Notes under the pieces: model-generated
What the model saw: only the letters and a program-made list of their open reading frames with translations
Database searches by the model: none
What the model was told of the DNA's origin: nothing
In this document: one piece after another, positions 51,413-60,168 of the stretch
Layout of the letters: every line of letters starts with the position of its first letter
How positions within the stretch are numbered: the first letter of the stretch is position 1
NCBI GenBank assembly: GCA_035531615.1
Contig: DATKSQ010000132.1
Location: 18,926-82,925, forward strand
Length of the DNA: 64,000 nt
Direction of reading: 5' to 3'
From: Candidatus Binataceae bacterium
GTDB lineage: Bacteria > Desulfobacterota > Binatia > Binatales > Binataceae
Made by a program: the position numbers and the translations under genes

Positions 51413-52180
51413 TCAGTACGCGGCGCTCTTGCGGGTTGATTCGACCAGGCGCTGAATTTCGGCTTCGGTGAACCCGGCGAGCATCCGCGCCTCGCGCGCG
51501 ATAGTCAGCATCATGCCGTCGTCGATCTTCAGATCCTCGGCGGCGCGCCGTCCGCCGCGGAAGTTGAAAACTTCATCGACGGTGTCCTGAAATGCCTGCG
51601 CGCGCGCCAGCCGCTCGGGGTCGCCCTCGCACAGCTTGCGCATCCACTTCGAGCCCATCCGCACGTGCGTGATCTCGTCGGCGAGCACGTAATCGATCGC
51701 GCGTTCGATAACCTCATCGCCGTTGCGTTGCGCGATTCGGATGAGCTGATCGAACACGTCGCAGGCCAACCCCTCGAGGCCGCGGTTGATTCCGGCCACC
51801 CGCGCGGCCGGATCTTCGGCCTGCGTGCATCGCCACAGGATCTCGGTCTCGACGTAGTCGCCCATCTTGCCGCCCATGTAGTTGAGCAGGCGCTCGAAAA
51901 TTTCCGCGTGGCGCGCTTCGTCCCACACCTGGCGCGCCATGTCGAGCTGGAACTCCCACGGCGCGTCGGGAAAGTCGAACAGCGTGCGCCCCGCGGCTTC
52001 CATCGCCTGGAACTCTCCGGTCATGATTCCATGCATCCGCGAGCGTAGCGCCTCTTCGTCGAAGGGCAGCGGACGGCTGTCGAGTCCCTGTTCTTCCTGG
52101 ATCTCGCGCACCTGCTTGCCGCGCATCAGGACGATATGGTCGGGCCGCGCAAGGCGATCAACCGGGATGCATCGTTCCAT
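51413..52180 (-). CDS. Ferritin-like di-iron-carboxylate protein (E, ExxH, E, ExxH), hypothetical
   Basis: Motifs EFQAME, DEARHAE, GLEGLACD and ADEITHV. Tandem paralog of the next gene. Confidence 0.6.
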   Translation of the reverse strand: MERCIPVDRLARPDHIVLMRGKQVREIQEEQGLDSRPLPFDEEALRSRMHGIMTGEFQAMEAAGRTLFDFPDAPWEFQLDMARQVWDEARHAEIFERLLNYMGGKMGDYVETEILWRCTQAEDPAARVAGINRGLEGLACDVFDQLIRIAQRNGDEVIERAIDYVLADEITHVRMGSKWMRKLCEGDPERLARAQAFQDTVDEVFNFRGGRRAAEDLKIDDGMMLTIAREARMLAGFTEAEIQRLVESTRKSAAY

Positions 52181-52206
52181 GAATCGAAACCCTCCGTGCG
52201 CGCGGG

Positions 52207-53040
52207 CTAGTAGGCCTGGCTCTTGCCGAAGCCCCTGACCAGACGTTCGAGTTCTTCTTCGGTGAAACCGGCCAGCAGCCGCGCCTCGCGCGCGATCGTG
52301 ATGCCCTGATCGATCTCGATATCCTTGCCGTTGACGTGCTGCATTATCTTGCCGGCCTTATCGACCGTGGTGCGCGTGCCGCCGAAGTTGAACAGGTCGT
52401 CGATATTGTTCTGGAAATCCTGCGCCTTCTTGAAGCGCTCGGGGTCGCCCTCGGTCAGCTTGCGCATCCACTTCGAGCCCATCCGCACGTGCGTGATCTC
52501 GTCGGCCAGCACGTAATCGACCGAGCGCTCGATAACCTCGTCGCCCATCTTCTGCGCCAGGCGGATAAGCTGCTCGAAGACGTCGCAGGCAAGTCCTTCG
52601 AGGCCGCGGTTGATTCCCGCAACGCGCGCGGCGGGATCTTCGGCCTGGGTGCATGACCACAGCACTTCGCTCTCGGGAAATTCGCCGTAAAAGGAGCCGA
52701 CGTAATCAAGCAGCTTCATGTAGATTTCGGCGTGGCGCGCTTCGTCCCATACCTGGCGCGCCATATCGAGCTGGAACTCCCACGGCGCGTCGGGAAAATC
52801 GAACACCGTGCGGCCCGCCGCTTCCATCGCCTGAAATTCCCCGGCGCAAATTCCATGCAGGCGAGCTTTCAGGAAATCTTCTTCGTAGGGCATCGCGCCG
52901 TTCGGAGTCAGCCCCTGCTCGACGCGCGCCTTGCGCGTGCGCTCGGCGGGAACCAGAACATGATCCTCGGGGCGCGCGAGTTTATCGACGGAAAGCATTC
53001 GCTGCATGATCGTTCTCCTTGCTGCTCCTACTTGCTCCAA
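52207..53040 (-). CDS. Ferritin-like di-iron-carboxylate protein, tandem paralog
   Basis: Shares the same four metal-ligand motifs; about 75% identical to 51413-52180. Confidence 0.6.
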   Translation of the reverse strand: MEQVGAARRTIMQRMLSVDKLARPEDHVLVPAERTRKARVEQGLTPNGAMPYEEDFLKARLHGICAGEFQAMEAAGRTVFDFPDAPWEFQLDMARQVWDEARHAEIYMKLLDYVGSFYGEFPESEVLWSCTQAEDPAARVAGINRGLEGLACDVFEQLIRLAQKMGDEVIERSVDYVLADEITHVRMGSKWMRKLTEGDPERFKKAQDFQNNIDDLFNFGGTRTTVDKAGKIMQHVNGKDIEIDQGITIAREARLLAGFTEEELERLVRGFGKSQAY

Positions 53041-53432
53041 GCCGACCGCACTTCGGTCAGGTTGGTTGCCTCGCGGACGCTCCAGCGCCCGCCGTCATTG
53101 CCATCCGCGTTCTCCTGGCCCAGCCGAAACTGGAGCGTAAACGGCTTGGCGGTGCGGCCGGTCAGGCGCGCCTTGGTGTACCAGTGCTTGGCGATTCTGG
53201 CCTGCCCGATAATCGTGACCTTATCATACGCACCCGGTTTGACCGAGTCCGCAATCATGCGCATCGCGTCGCGGGCCTGCGGGTCCGCGGCGGCCTCGAT
53301 TTCGGCGCGGCGTCCGGCGATAAGCGCCGCCAGGAGCGCGTCGGCGGCGGTGATCATCGCCGGCGGCGGCTCGACGATCCGCGCGATCGGCTGCGGTCCC
53401 ATCACGTTGGCGCGATTTCCCAACTCAGCCAT
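53028..53432 (-). CDS. Hypothetical protein (possibly NTF2/SnoaL-like fold)
   Basis: 134 aa. Overlaps neighbours by a few bp, suggesting operon coupling. Confidence 0.45.
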   Translation of the reverse strand: MAELGNRANVMGPQPIARIVEPPPAMITAADALLAALIAGRRAEIEAAADPQARDAMRMIADSVKPGAYDKVTIIGQARIAKHWYTKARLTGRTAKPFTLQFRLGQENADGNDGGRWSVREATNLTEVRSAWSK

Positions 53433-53791
53433 TCGATTTGCCTCCGAGTTCGGCTCGATAATGTTGAATATCGCTCCATGGCGAGAGCTTGGTGCTGATA
53501 TCTTCGGCGCCGGCGATCACCCAGGCCCCGGCGTCGGCCTGTTTCCATCGGATCAGCAGCCGCGCGATTCCGCGGGTTCCCGACAGGCGCAACTTGGACA
53601 TGTATTGAGCGCCGATTTTCGCCAGCGCCAGGGTCTCGAAACTATCGAACGGACGCATCGGCGCGATCGTCGCGATCGCCGCACGGTAGCTCTCGAGCGC
53701 GGTCTCGGCGACGTACGTCTCGGCGTCGGCGCCGCCGGCCAGAATCGCTCTGCCGTGCGCGACAATCCGATCCTCGAGTCCGGGGACGTTC
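53425..53791 (-). CDS. Hypothetical protein
   Basis: 122 aa from ATG 53791. The ORF track extends it upstream into an Arg-rich, implausible N-terminus. Confidence 0.4.
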
Positions 53792-53792
53792 A

Positions 53793-54410
53793 TCAACTCC
53801 GGCCGAACTTGCGCGGCCCCTCCTTCGGGGTCTCGAAGCCCCTCACACCGCCGGAGGCGGCGAGCAGATCTTCGAGATGCGCCTGCCATTGCGCGGCGCG
53901 GCGATGCTTTTCCGGCGAATCGAGCAGGTCGCCCAGCAGGACCAGGCCACGCTCGACGTGATGAGTCTCCTCTTCGCGGATACGCTCGAGGATTCGGATC
54001 GTCGGCGGCTCGAAGACCGGATTGGCGGCGGTGATGAGCGCGCTGTAATGCGAAATCAGATGCGGCTTCAGGACGCGGTAAATTCCGGTCAGCCGCTCGA
54101 TCGTATCCTCCCACTGCTCCTTGTCTTCGATCTCCTGAATAAAGGAGACGAAATTTTCGTTGGCCGGCTTCGAGACCTGCGGCTGCGCGCGCAATTCCGG
54201 CAGCCGCTTGCCGAGCGCGTCGGTGTGCAGGGCGTCTTCGTACACCTGGACCGCCATTTCGAGCTTGACCGGGACTTCGGGGGTAAGCGCGATCCATCCT
54301 GCCATCATCCGCATCATCCGCTCTTCGGCGTAGCGGTAGTTCATGATCTGATTTACGCTTTCGCGCACGCTGTACACGCCTTGCAGCGTGCGCCGGTCGT
54401 AAAGTGCCAT
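53793..54410 (-). CDS. Hypothetical protein, possibly ferritin-like (ExxH motifs EDALH, EETHH)
   Basis: 205 aa from ATG 54410 (MALYDRR...). Same strand as the cluster and closely spaced. Confidence 0.45.
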   Translation of the reverse strand: MALYDRRTLQGVYSVRESVNQIMNYRYAEERMMRMMAGWIALTPEVPVKLEMAVQVYEDALHTDALGKRLPELRAQPQVSKPANENFVSFIQEIEDKEQWEDTIERLTGIYRVLKPHLISHYSALITAANPVFEPPTIRILERIREEETHHVERGLVLLGDLLDSPEKHRRAAQWQAHLEDLLAASGGVRGFETPKEGPRKFGRS

Positions 54411-54412
54411 TG

Positions 54413-55144
54413 CTATGACTCCTCGCTTTGCCGAGGCCCTGATAGCGGATGCGCGCCGCCGGGCCTGGTTGGCTCGACCGCGAAAAAGCGGCCTTCGATT
54501 ATCCCGGCGATCTCGCGCCAGTAAGTTTCTTTGTCGATTCCCGCCAGCGCCCGCCCGCCGGTTGCCCATCCGGCGCACAGCATATGGACGATATGTACGG
54601 CGCTGTGCAGATCCTGGAATTGGATCATGCCCGCTTCGCGTCCGCGCTCGAGCACGCCGCCGACAGCCGCCAGATACGGATCGCTCGCCGCGCTCATCGC
54701 CTTGCGATAGCGCGGACGCCGGGCCAGGTAGCGCGCCTCGTGATGCAGCACGTTAAACGCCTCGCGGTAGCGATCGATCACATCGAGGATCGTGCGCATC
54801 ATCTCGACCAGCTCGCGGCGCGGGTCGCCGCGCCCGCGCTCGCGGATCGCAGGCAACTCGTCGATCAACTCCGAAACCATCGACTCCGCGATCAGGATCA
54901 GAATCTCGTCCTTGCCGTGCAGATAGAGATAGATCGAGCCGGCGGCGATTCCCGCCTCGAGGGCGAATTCCTTGACGGAAGCTTCGTGAAAAGATTTGCG
55001 CTCGAGCACCCGGCACGCGGCCAGAAAAATCTGCCGCCGCCGCTGGCGGACCAGCGTTTCATCATGCGATATCGAGCGCAGAGCTTCGGGCATCGTGGGA
55101 ATGACGCGCCGCCGCGGCCAAACCGCCTCCGCGCCGCGCGTCAT
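54413..55144 (-). CDS. TetR/AcrR family transcriptional regulator
   Basis: The N-terminal HTH FHEASVKEFALEAGIAAGSIYLYLHGKDEIL is typical of TetR. Confidence 0.85.
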   Translation of the reverse strand: MTRGAEAVWPRRRVIPTMPEALRSISHDETLVRQRRRQIFLAACRVLERKSFHEASVKEFALEAGIAAGSIYLYLHGKDEILILIAESMVSELIDELPAIRERGRGDPRRELVEMMRTILDVIDRYREAFNVLHHEARYLARRPRYRKAMSAASDPYLAAVGGVLERGREAGMIQFQDLHSAVHIVHMLCAGWATGGRALAGIDKETYWREIAGIIEGRFFAVEPTRPGGAHPLSGPRQSEES

Positions 55145-55162
55145 GATCGATTGAACCTATTG

Positions 55163-55176
55163 AATGAACGTTCATT
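55163..55176. promoter_or_regulatory. Perfect 14-bp palindrome AATGAACGTTCATT (extended TTGA...TCAA), putative TetR operator
   Basis: Located about 20 bp upstream of the tetR-family start codon (minus strand). Confidence 0.55.
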
Positions 55177-55262
55177 TGTCAAACCGCGCCGGTATTCATC
55201 AGCGACGAGAATGCTTCCAGCGTGTTCACGCGCCCCGTCTGCGAAAAGTCATACATTGGTAG

Positions 55263-55323
55263 CGCGGGCGTCTCGCCCGCGATCGACGGCGGGCCAGGTG
55301 CCACTGGCACACGGCCCGCCCTA
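55263..55323. repeat. Palindromic intergenic repeat copy B with inverted termini CATTGGTAGCGCGGGC / GCCCGCCCTACCAATG
   Basis: About 90% identical to 40674-40745 over ~42 nt. A compact 61-bp unit. Confidence 0.6.
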
Positions 55324-55334
55324 CCAATGAGGCT

Positions 55335-55562
55335 GCCTCCACTTTCGAGGCTGTCGATTTTTTCGCAAGCGCTCGGTTGCTGTCATCCTGAGCCGTAGGC
55401 GAAGGATCTACGCGAAGCGATTTTCTTAAGCCACGCCAAGGGTTTCCGCACTAATCGCTGCGCGGAGATCCTTCACGGAGCCAGTCCTGAGCGGAGTCGA
55501 AGGAGTAGCCTCCGTTCAGGATGACAGGCTAAACCTGACGTTTATCGACAGCCTCCACTTTC
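55335..55562. repeat. MITE-like palindromic element containing GTCATCCTGAGC-(N)-GAAGGA motifs in inverted orientation, flanked by direct repeat GCCTCCACTTTC
   Basis: Arms ctgtcatcctgagccgtaggcgaaggatc (55379-) and agtcctgagcggagtcgaaggag...cgttcaggatgacag (-55528). Inner inverted termini GAGGCTGTCGAT (55347-58 and 55544-55 as reverse complement). Identical 12-bp direct repeats at 55335-46 and 55551-62. Confidence 0.55.
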
Positions 55563-56593
55563 AGTGGGGGCGGACGGGTCGTCCGCCCGCGCGTTACGTA
55601 TATCATTCCAGGGGCTGCTTTCGCGGCGGGCGGGATTCCTCGCGATCTCTGCCACTCGAAGTGACGCGCCTGACGCGATACCGATTGCCAAGGCGCGCTC
55701 GGAATGACACGAGAAAGCCTTAAGCGGGCGCTAAAGTTGCGCGGCGTCTTTCCTTACAATCGGGCGCGCGTCCATACCGAAAGCTTCTGGATTGTCCCTC
55801 TCCCTACAGGATTGGGAGAGGGCAAGCGGCGCGGCGATTGCTCCTTTCAGCAATCGACGTGACGCGCGGGTGAGGGACCGGCAGCATTAAATGCTTGTTG
55901 GCATCTCCGCGACGATTTCCGCAGGCGGACATGATCGGTGAGCACGCGGCTCGCGCGTTAATCGCGTCTTGAAATTGCGGCGTACCGCGCATCCTTGGTG
56001 CGGTGGTCGAAGCGACCAAAGAGTCTCGCTGAAGGTCAATCACCCGGCGCGCGCAGCGCGCGCCACCCGCGTGCCAGTGGCACCTCCCAATTTTTTTTGG
56101 GAGGAGGAATTAAACTCCTCAGGCAACTATGCGACTCCCACCTGTTGACTCGCATGATCGGTGATTCGCCATTCGAGGGGTCGATCGAAAATACAAGGCT
56201 GAACAGTTCAGCCTTATGCTCGATTCGATGATCTGCGAAAATAGCGCCGTGATGAGTTATGCAGGCAAACCGCCGGTGCCCCAATCGCTCAATTCCGGGC
56301 CTCCGCGTGCGCGTGCCGCCAGACCGGATTGCCGGGCTGGAAACCTCACACCCATCAAATGGGGAGCAATCGCCGAGCATCGTAAGAAATTGTTTGAACG
56401 AACCCACCGCAACATCACGAAAGCTTAAGGTTTTCCTCATGAATTTGGTAATTGCGCAGATCGCAGGCGTCCCGAAAGCAGCGCCGAACGGCCGATTCCG
56501 ACGTCCGGCGCTGCTCTGGAGACTCCCCGGAGCACTCGCGAGTTATCGTTGGTCGCGCGGCTCGGCTATGATCTCCGGCCGAGGTTCACGCTG

Positions 56594-57043
56594 ATGCCTG
56601 AAGGTTCCGGCAAGTTCGCCAAGGAAACATCGATCGAACGAATCTTCAACCAAAGCTTTGGATTTTTGCTGAGGCTCGGGGTCGGCTACGCGCACAACTA
56701 TTTGCTCATCACCAGCGGGCGCAAGACCGGGCGCGAGTACGCGACTCCGGTCAACCTGCTCGAGATGAATGGGCATCGCTACCTGGTCGCGAGCCGCGGC
56801 GAGACCGGATGGGTCCGCAACGCGCGCGCGGCGGGCTCGGTGATTTTGAAAAAGGGCGCCAAGCAGTGGACCTGGAAAGTGCGCGAGCTTCCAATCGACG
56901 ACCGCCCGCCGGTGATCAAGGAGTTCCTCGAGCGCTTCGCCGCTTCGGTGCAGCGCTTCTACACGATTCGCGCCGGCTCCCCGGTCGAGGCGTTCGCGGC
57001 CGTCGCACCGGGCAACCCCGTCTTCGAGCTGCTCGCGCAATAG
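56594..57043 (+). CDS. Deazaflavin (F420)-dependent nitroreductase-family protein (DUF385/Ddn-like)
   Basis: LITSGRKTGREYATPVNLLEMNGHRYLVASRGETGWVRNARAAGSVILKKG matches the Ddn/DUF385 pattern. Confidence 0.65.
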   Translation: MPEGSGKFAKETSIERIFNQSFGFLLRLGVGYAHNYLLITSGRKTGREYATPVNLLEMNGHRYLVASRGETGWVRNARAAGSVILKKGAKQWTWKVRELPIDDRPPVIKEFLERFAASVQRFYTIRAGSPVEAFAAVAPGNPVFELLAQ

Positions 57044-57086
57044 GTACGCGGGCCAATAGGTACGCGGGCCAAAAGGTGCGCGGGCG

Positions 57087-58400
57087 ATGACGGTTATTCC
57101 GACCGAGTCCGCCGGGACGCCCGAGCCGCTGCCGGAGTTCTACGACAGCGCCGAAAACCGCCGGCGCGTGCGCTCGACCGTATGGATCCTGATGGCGATG
57201 CTTGTCTATCAGGGCTACGCGGGCTCGATCGTCGTGGTCGCCTCGCCGTGGATCGCGAAGGGCTTCGGGCTCAGCGAATCCGCCCTGGCCCGCGTGTTCG
57301 CGTGGCTGGCGCTCGCGGCGCTGGGCGCACTCGGGCTGTCGCGGATGATCGATCGGGCCGGGCGCCGCCGCGTGCTGATCTGGTCGTCGATTGCGATTCC
57401 GCTTGCGGCGCTTGGCGCGGCGGTCTCGACGCGGCTGTGGATCTTCGTCGCGTGCGCGATCGTGATGAACGCGTTTCTGGGCGCGGCGGCGGCATCGGCG
57501 ATCGTCATCCTGGCCGAAGTGCTGCCGATCGCGCGGCGCGCGGACGGGCAGGGATGGGCCGGAATCGCGGGTGCGGCGGGCAGCGGATTTTGCGTCTTCA
57601 TGATGCCGATCGTGATTTCCGCGGGCGGCTCGTGGCGATGGCTGCTGGTGATCGCGGGAATCGGCCTCGCGATTGCGCCGATGGTGGCGCGAATCAACGA
57701 GAGCGAGCGATGGAAGGCCGCCGCGCTCGAGGGCGGCGCCGCGCGCACGCACTTCTATGACGTGTTCGTGCCGCTGTACCGCCGGCGCTCGGCGACGCTG
57801 ATCGTTTGCACGGCACTCGCGGCGATTTCGGGCGAGGGCGTGAACGCGTGGGCCTACTTTCACGCGGTCACGACGGTGGGCTTGTCGGCGGCGATCGCGA
57901 GCACGCTTACGATCGTAAGCGGCGGACTCGGGATGATCGGCTTTCCGCTCGGAGCGTGGGCGGCGGAGCGCTTCGGCCGCGTGCCGACGATCGTTGTGTC
58001 GGGGATCGCGGTTTCGATTCTCGCGCTCGGTTATTTCTGGGGACCGCCGGTGCATTTCGCGCATCCCGCGCTGTGGCTCGGCTTCACCTACCTGATCGTA
58101 AACGCTTGCGCGAACGCATTGACGGTCGCCGCCAACGCCGCAATCACCGAACTCTTCCCGACCGAGTTGCGCGCGACCATGATCGGATGGTTCGCGCTGG
58201 TGGGCGCCGGCGGCGCGCTGGCCGCCGAAGCGACGATCTCGATTCTCGCGCGCACGATGGGCGGCATCTCGGGCGTGACCGGATGGCTCAGTCTGCTCGG
58301 CGTTCCGGCCGCGATTCTGTTCGGGATCGTTATCGACGAGACGCGCGGGCTCTCGCTCGAAGACTCGGCAAAAGAAGATGCCTTCCGCGCCGTGCCATGA
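57087..58400 (+). CDS. MFS transporter
   Basis: 437 aa, 12 predicted TM segments. RMIDRAGRRRVL loop motif. Confidence 0.85.
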   Translation: MTVIPTESAGTPEPLPEFYDSAENRRRVRSTVWILMAMLVYQGYAGSIVVVASPWIAKGFGLSESALARVFAWLALAALGALGLSRMIDRAGRRRVLIWSSIAIPLAALGAAVSTRLWIFVACAIVMNAFLGAAAASAIVILAEVLPIARRADGQGWAGIAGAAGSGFCVFMMPIVISAGGSWRWLLVIAGIGLAIAPMVARINESERWKAAALEGGAARTHFYDVFVPLYRRRSATLIVCTALAAISGEGVNAWAYFHAVTTVGLSAAIASTLTIVSGGLGMIGFPLGAWAAERFGRVPTIVVSGIAVSILALGYFWGPPVHFAHPALWLGFTYLIVNACANALTVAANAAITELFPTELRATMIGWFALVGAGGALAAEATISILARTMGGISGVTGWLSLLGVPAAILFGIVIDETRGLSLEDSAKEDAFRAVP

Positions 58401-58452
58401 GGGCCCTCGCGCGCGCCCGTGGCCGGGCGACTCCGCACTGGCGCGGGCACGC

Positions 58453-58935
58453 CTATATGATTTCGAGCGCGGTCTCGGCGAATTCCGAGTTCGCGCCGTC
58501 CCAGGCGAACGCGGCGGCGCGCACGAACTTGCCCGACCGGATCGACATCACGAGGTACACCGTGTCCGGATAGTCCGGCTCCGCCGGATCGAAGGAGCAG
58601 GCCTGCGCGCGATCGGTCGCGGAAAAATACGCGTCGTGATCGGGATGCGAATGATAGACGATGCGCAGGGCCAGCTTTCTCCGATCGATCTCGTTCATCA
58701 CCGCCAGATGCTCCCGCGGCTCCATCAGGAACGCGGTGCGCGCGTCGCGCGCAAACCCGGCCGGATCCTGCGCATGCATCCGGTTCTGGATATTCGTGAT
58801 CGGGCGGACTTCCTCGCCCGCGGCCCGGTCGGCCGCGGCTGCGATGACGAAGCCGCAACATTCGTGCGGATACTCGCGCTCGGCTTGCGCGATAATCGCC
58901 TCGAGGCTCGCGCGCGTGATTGTCGCCGGATTCAT
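58453..58935 (-). CDS. JAMM/MPN (Mov34) family metalloprotease
   Basis: EYPHECCGFVI...HSHPDHDAYFSATD contains the E...HxH...S..D JAMM motif. Start MNPATITRAS at 58935. Confidence 0.75.
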   Translation of the reverse strand: MNPATITRASLEAIIAQAEREYPHECCGFVIAAAADRAAGEEVRPITNIQNRMHAQDPAGFARDARTAFLMEPREHLAVMNEIDRRKLALRIVYHSHPDHDAYFSATDRAQACSFDPAEPDYPDTVYLVMSIRSGKFVRAAAFAWDGANSEFAETALEII

Positions 58936-58966
58936 TGAGGAGAAACTACAGTCCGTCCGTGCGCCA

Positions 58967-59073
58967 AACAATCCACAGATTACACCGATTTCACAGATGA
59001 AGAATTTCGGCCGCGCCGCCTGCGTGCCCGCGCACAAAATAATCTGTGCAATCTGTGTAATCTGTGGATTGTT
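58967..59073. promoter_or_regulatory. 19-bp perfect inverted repeat AACAATCCACAGATTACAC / GTGTAATCTGTGGATTGTT flanking internal CACAGAT/ATCTGTG repeats, in divergent promoter region
   Basis: Lies between the start codons of the JAMM gene (58935, minus) and the PyrD-like gene (59117, plus). Confidence 0.5.
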
Positions 59074-59116
59074 TTCCCCTTGCCGAACGCGCTTTCAAGC
59101 GGCTACATCACGGTTC

Positions 59117-59965
59117 ATGGAACGCACTTCGATACGTCTTGGCGGAGTCGAGCTGCAAAGCTCGATCATGAACGCTTCGGGCCCGCGCTCGGCCGAGCGC
59201 GGCGAGATCTACGAACTCGCGGCGGTGCATCGCGGCGCGATCGTGTTCAAGTCGTGCAACCTCGCGGGACTCGACGCGCCCGACAATCTCAAGAACGCCG
59301 GCGTCGAGCACTTCGCGGCGATCGCGGGCGCGCTCGCGCCGCGCGGCAAGGTGATTATCGCGAGCATCGTCGGCGCCAGCGAGGAGGAAGTTATCGCGGT
59401 CGCGCGGCGCCTGGAGCGCTCGGGTGCGGCGATCCTCGAGCTCAATCTCGCCGACCCCTACGTGCTGAATTCGATCGCGCCGTTTGCGTCGCTCGACCGG
59501 CTGAAGGCGCTCATCGAGCGCGTGCGCGGCGCGGTCGGATGCGTGCTCGCGGTGAAGCTCGCGCCCGCGGCAGGATACTCCGCGCGCGCGCTCGCCGGCG
59601 TGCTGAAATCGACGCGCGTGGCGATCGCGGTATGCCAAAACGATCCGCCGAAAGATCTCGAGATCGATCTCGCAACCGGAATCGCCAGGGGTCCGGAACG
59701 CGCTCTGTCGCATGCGCACGCGATCTTCCGCGAAGGCGAGGGCCTGCTTGACGTGGTCGCCGTCGGCGGGATCAACACCGGCCGTGACGCCTACCTGGCC
59801 CATCTGATGGGCGCGACGGCGGTGCAGGTCGGCTCGGCGCTGATCAAGGAAGGCGCGGGCGCGCTCGGCCGGATCGATCGCGAGCTGGACGCGCTCCTGG
59901 CGGAGCATGGAAAGCGCTCGGTCGGGGAAATCGTGGGCCAGCTAAGCTTCGAGCCACGGGGCTGA
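59117..59965 (+). CDS. Dihydroorotate dehydrogenase family protein (class 1-like; catalytic Cys/Ser position not conserved)
   Basis: IMNASGP, VIIASIVG and VGGINTGRDAY motifs. The usual NLSCPN reads NLADPY. Confidence 0.7.
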   Translation: MERTSIRLGGVELQSSIMNASGPRSAERGEIYELAAVHRGAIVFKSCNLAGLDAPDNLKNAGVEHFAAIAGALAPRGKVIIASIVGASEEEVIAVARRLERSGAAILELNLADPYVLNSIAPFASLDRLKALIERVRGAVGCVLAVKLAPAAGYSARALAGVLKSTRVAIAVCQNDPPKDLEIDLATGIARGPERALSHAHAIFREGEGLLDVVAVGGINTGRDAYLAHLMGATAVQVGSALIKEGAGALGRIDRELDALLAEHGKRSVGEIVGQLSFEPRG

Positions 59966-60093
59966 GCGGCATTGATGGATTGCTTGCGGGCCGCAGGCAG
60001 ATCCGCGGATCGCGTGCTTGCCCCGATTCCGCCGGCGATGGTACGCTTCGCGCTCGGGACGCGCGCATCGCGCGCGTTTGTCTTTGTGGCGCC

Positions 60094-60168
60094 GTCCCCG
60101 TCGTCTAGCTCGGCCTAGGACACCGGCCTTTCACGTCGGTAACACGGGTTCAAATCCCGTCGGGGACG
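60094..60168 (+). tRNA. tRNA-Glu (anticodon TTC at 60130-60132)
   Basis: Cloverleaf by hand: acceptor GTCCCCG/CGGGGAC, anticodon stem CCGGC/GTCGG (one G-U), loop CTTTCAC, T-arm ACGGG-TTCAAAT-CCCGT, discriminator G, CCA not encoded. Closely resembles the tRNA-Glu sequence as I recall it (from memory, not searched). Confidence 0.85.

Noticed and set aside
53425-54297. 290-aa ORF-track call on the minus strand
   Set aside because: Only the C-terminal 122 aa (from ATG 53791) look protein-like. The upstream part is Arg/Pro-rich and overlaps the better-supported 53793-54410 gene in another frame.
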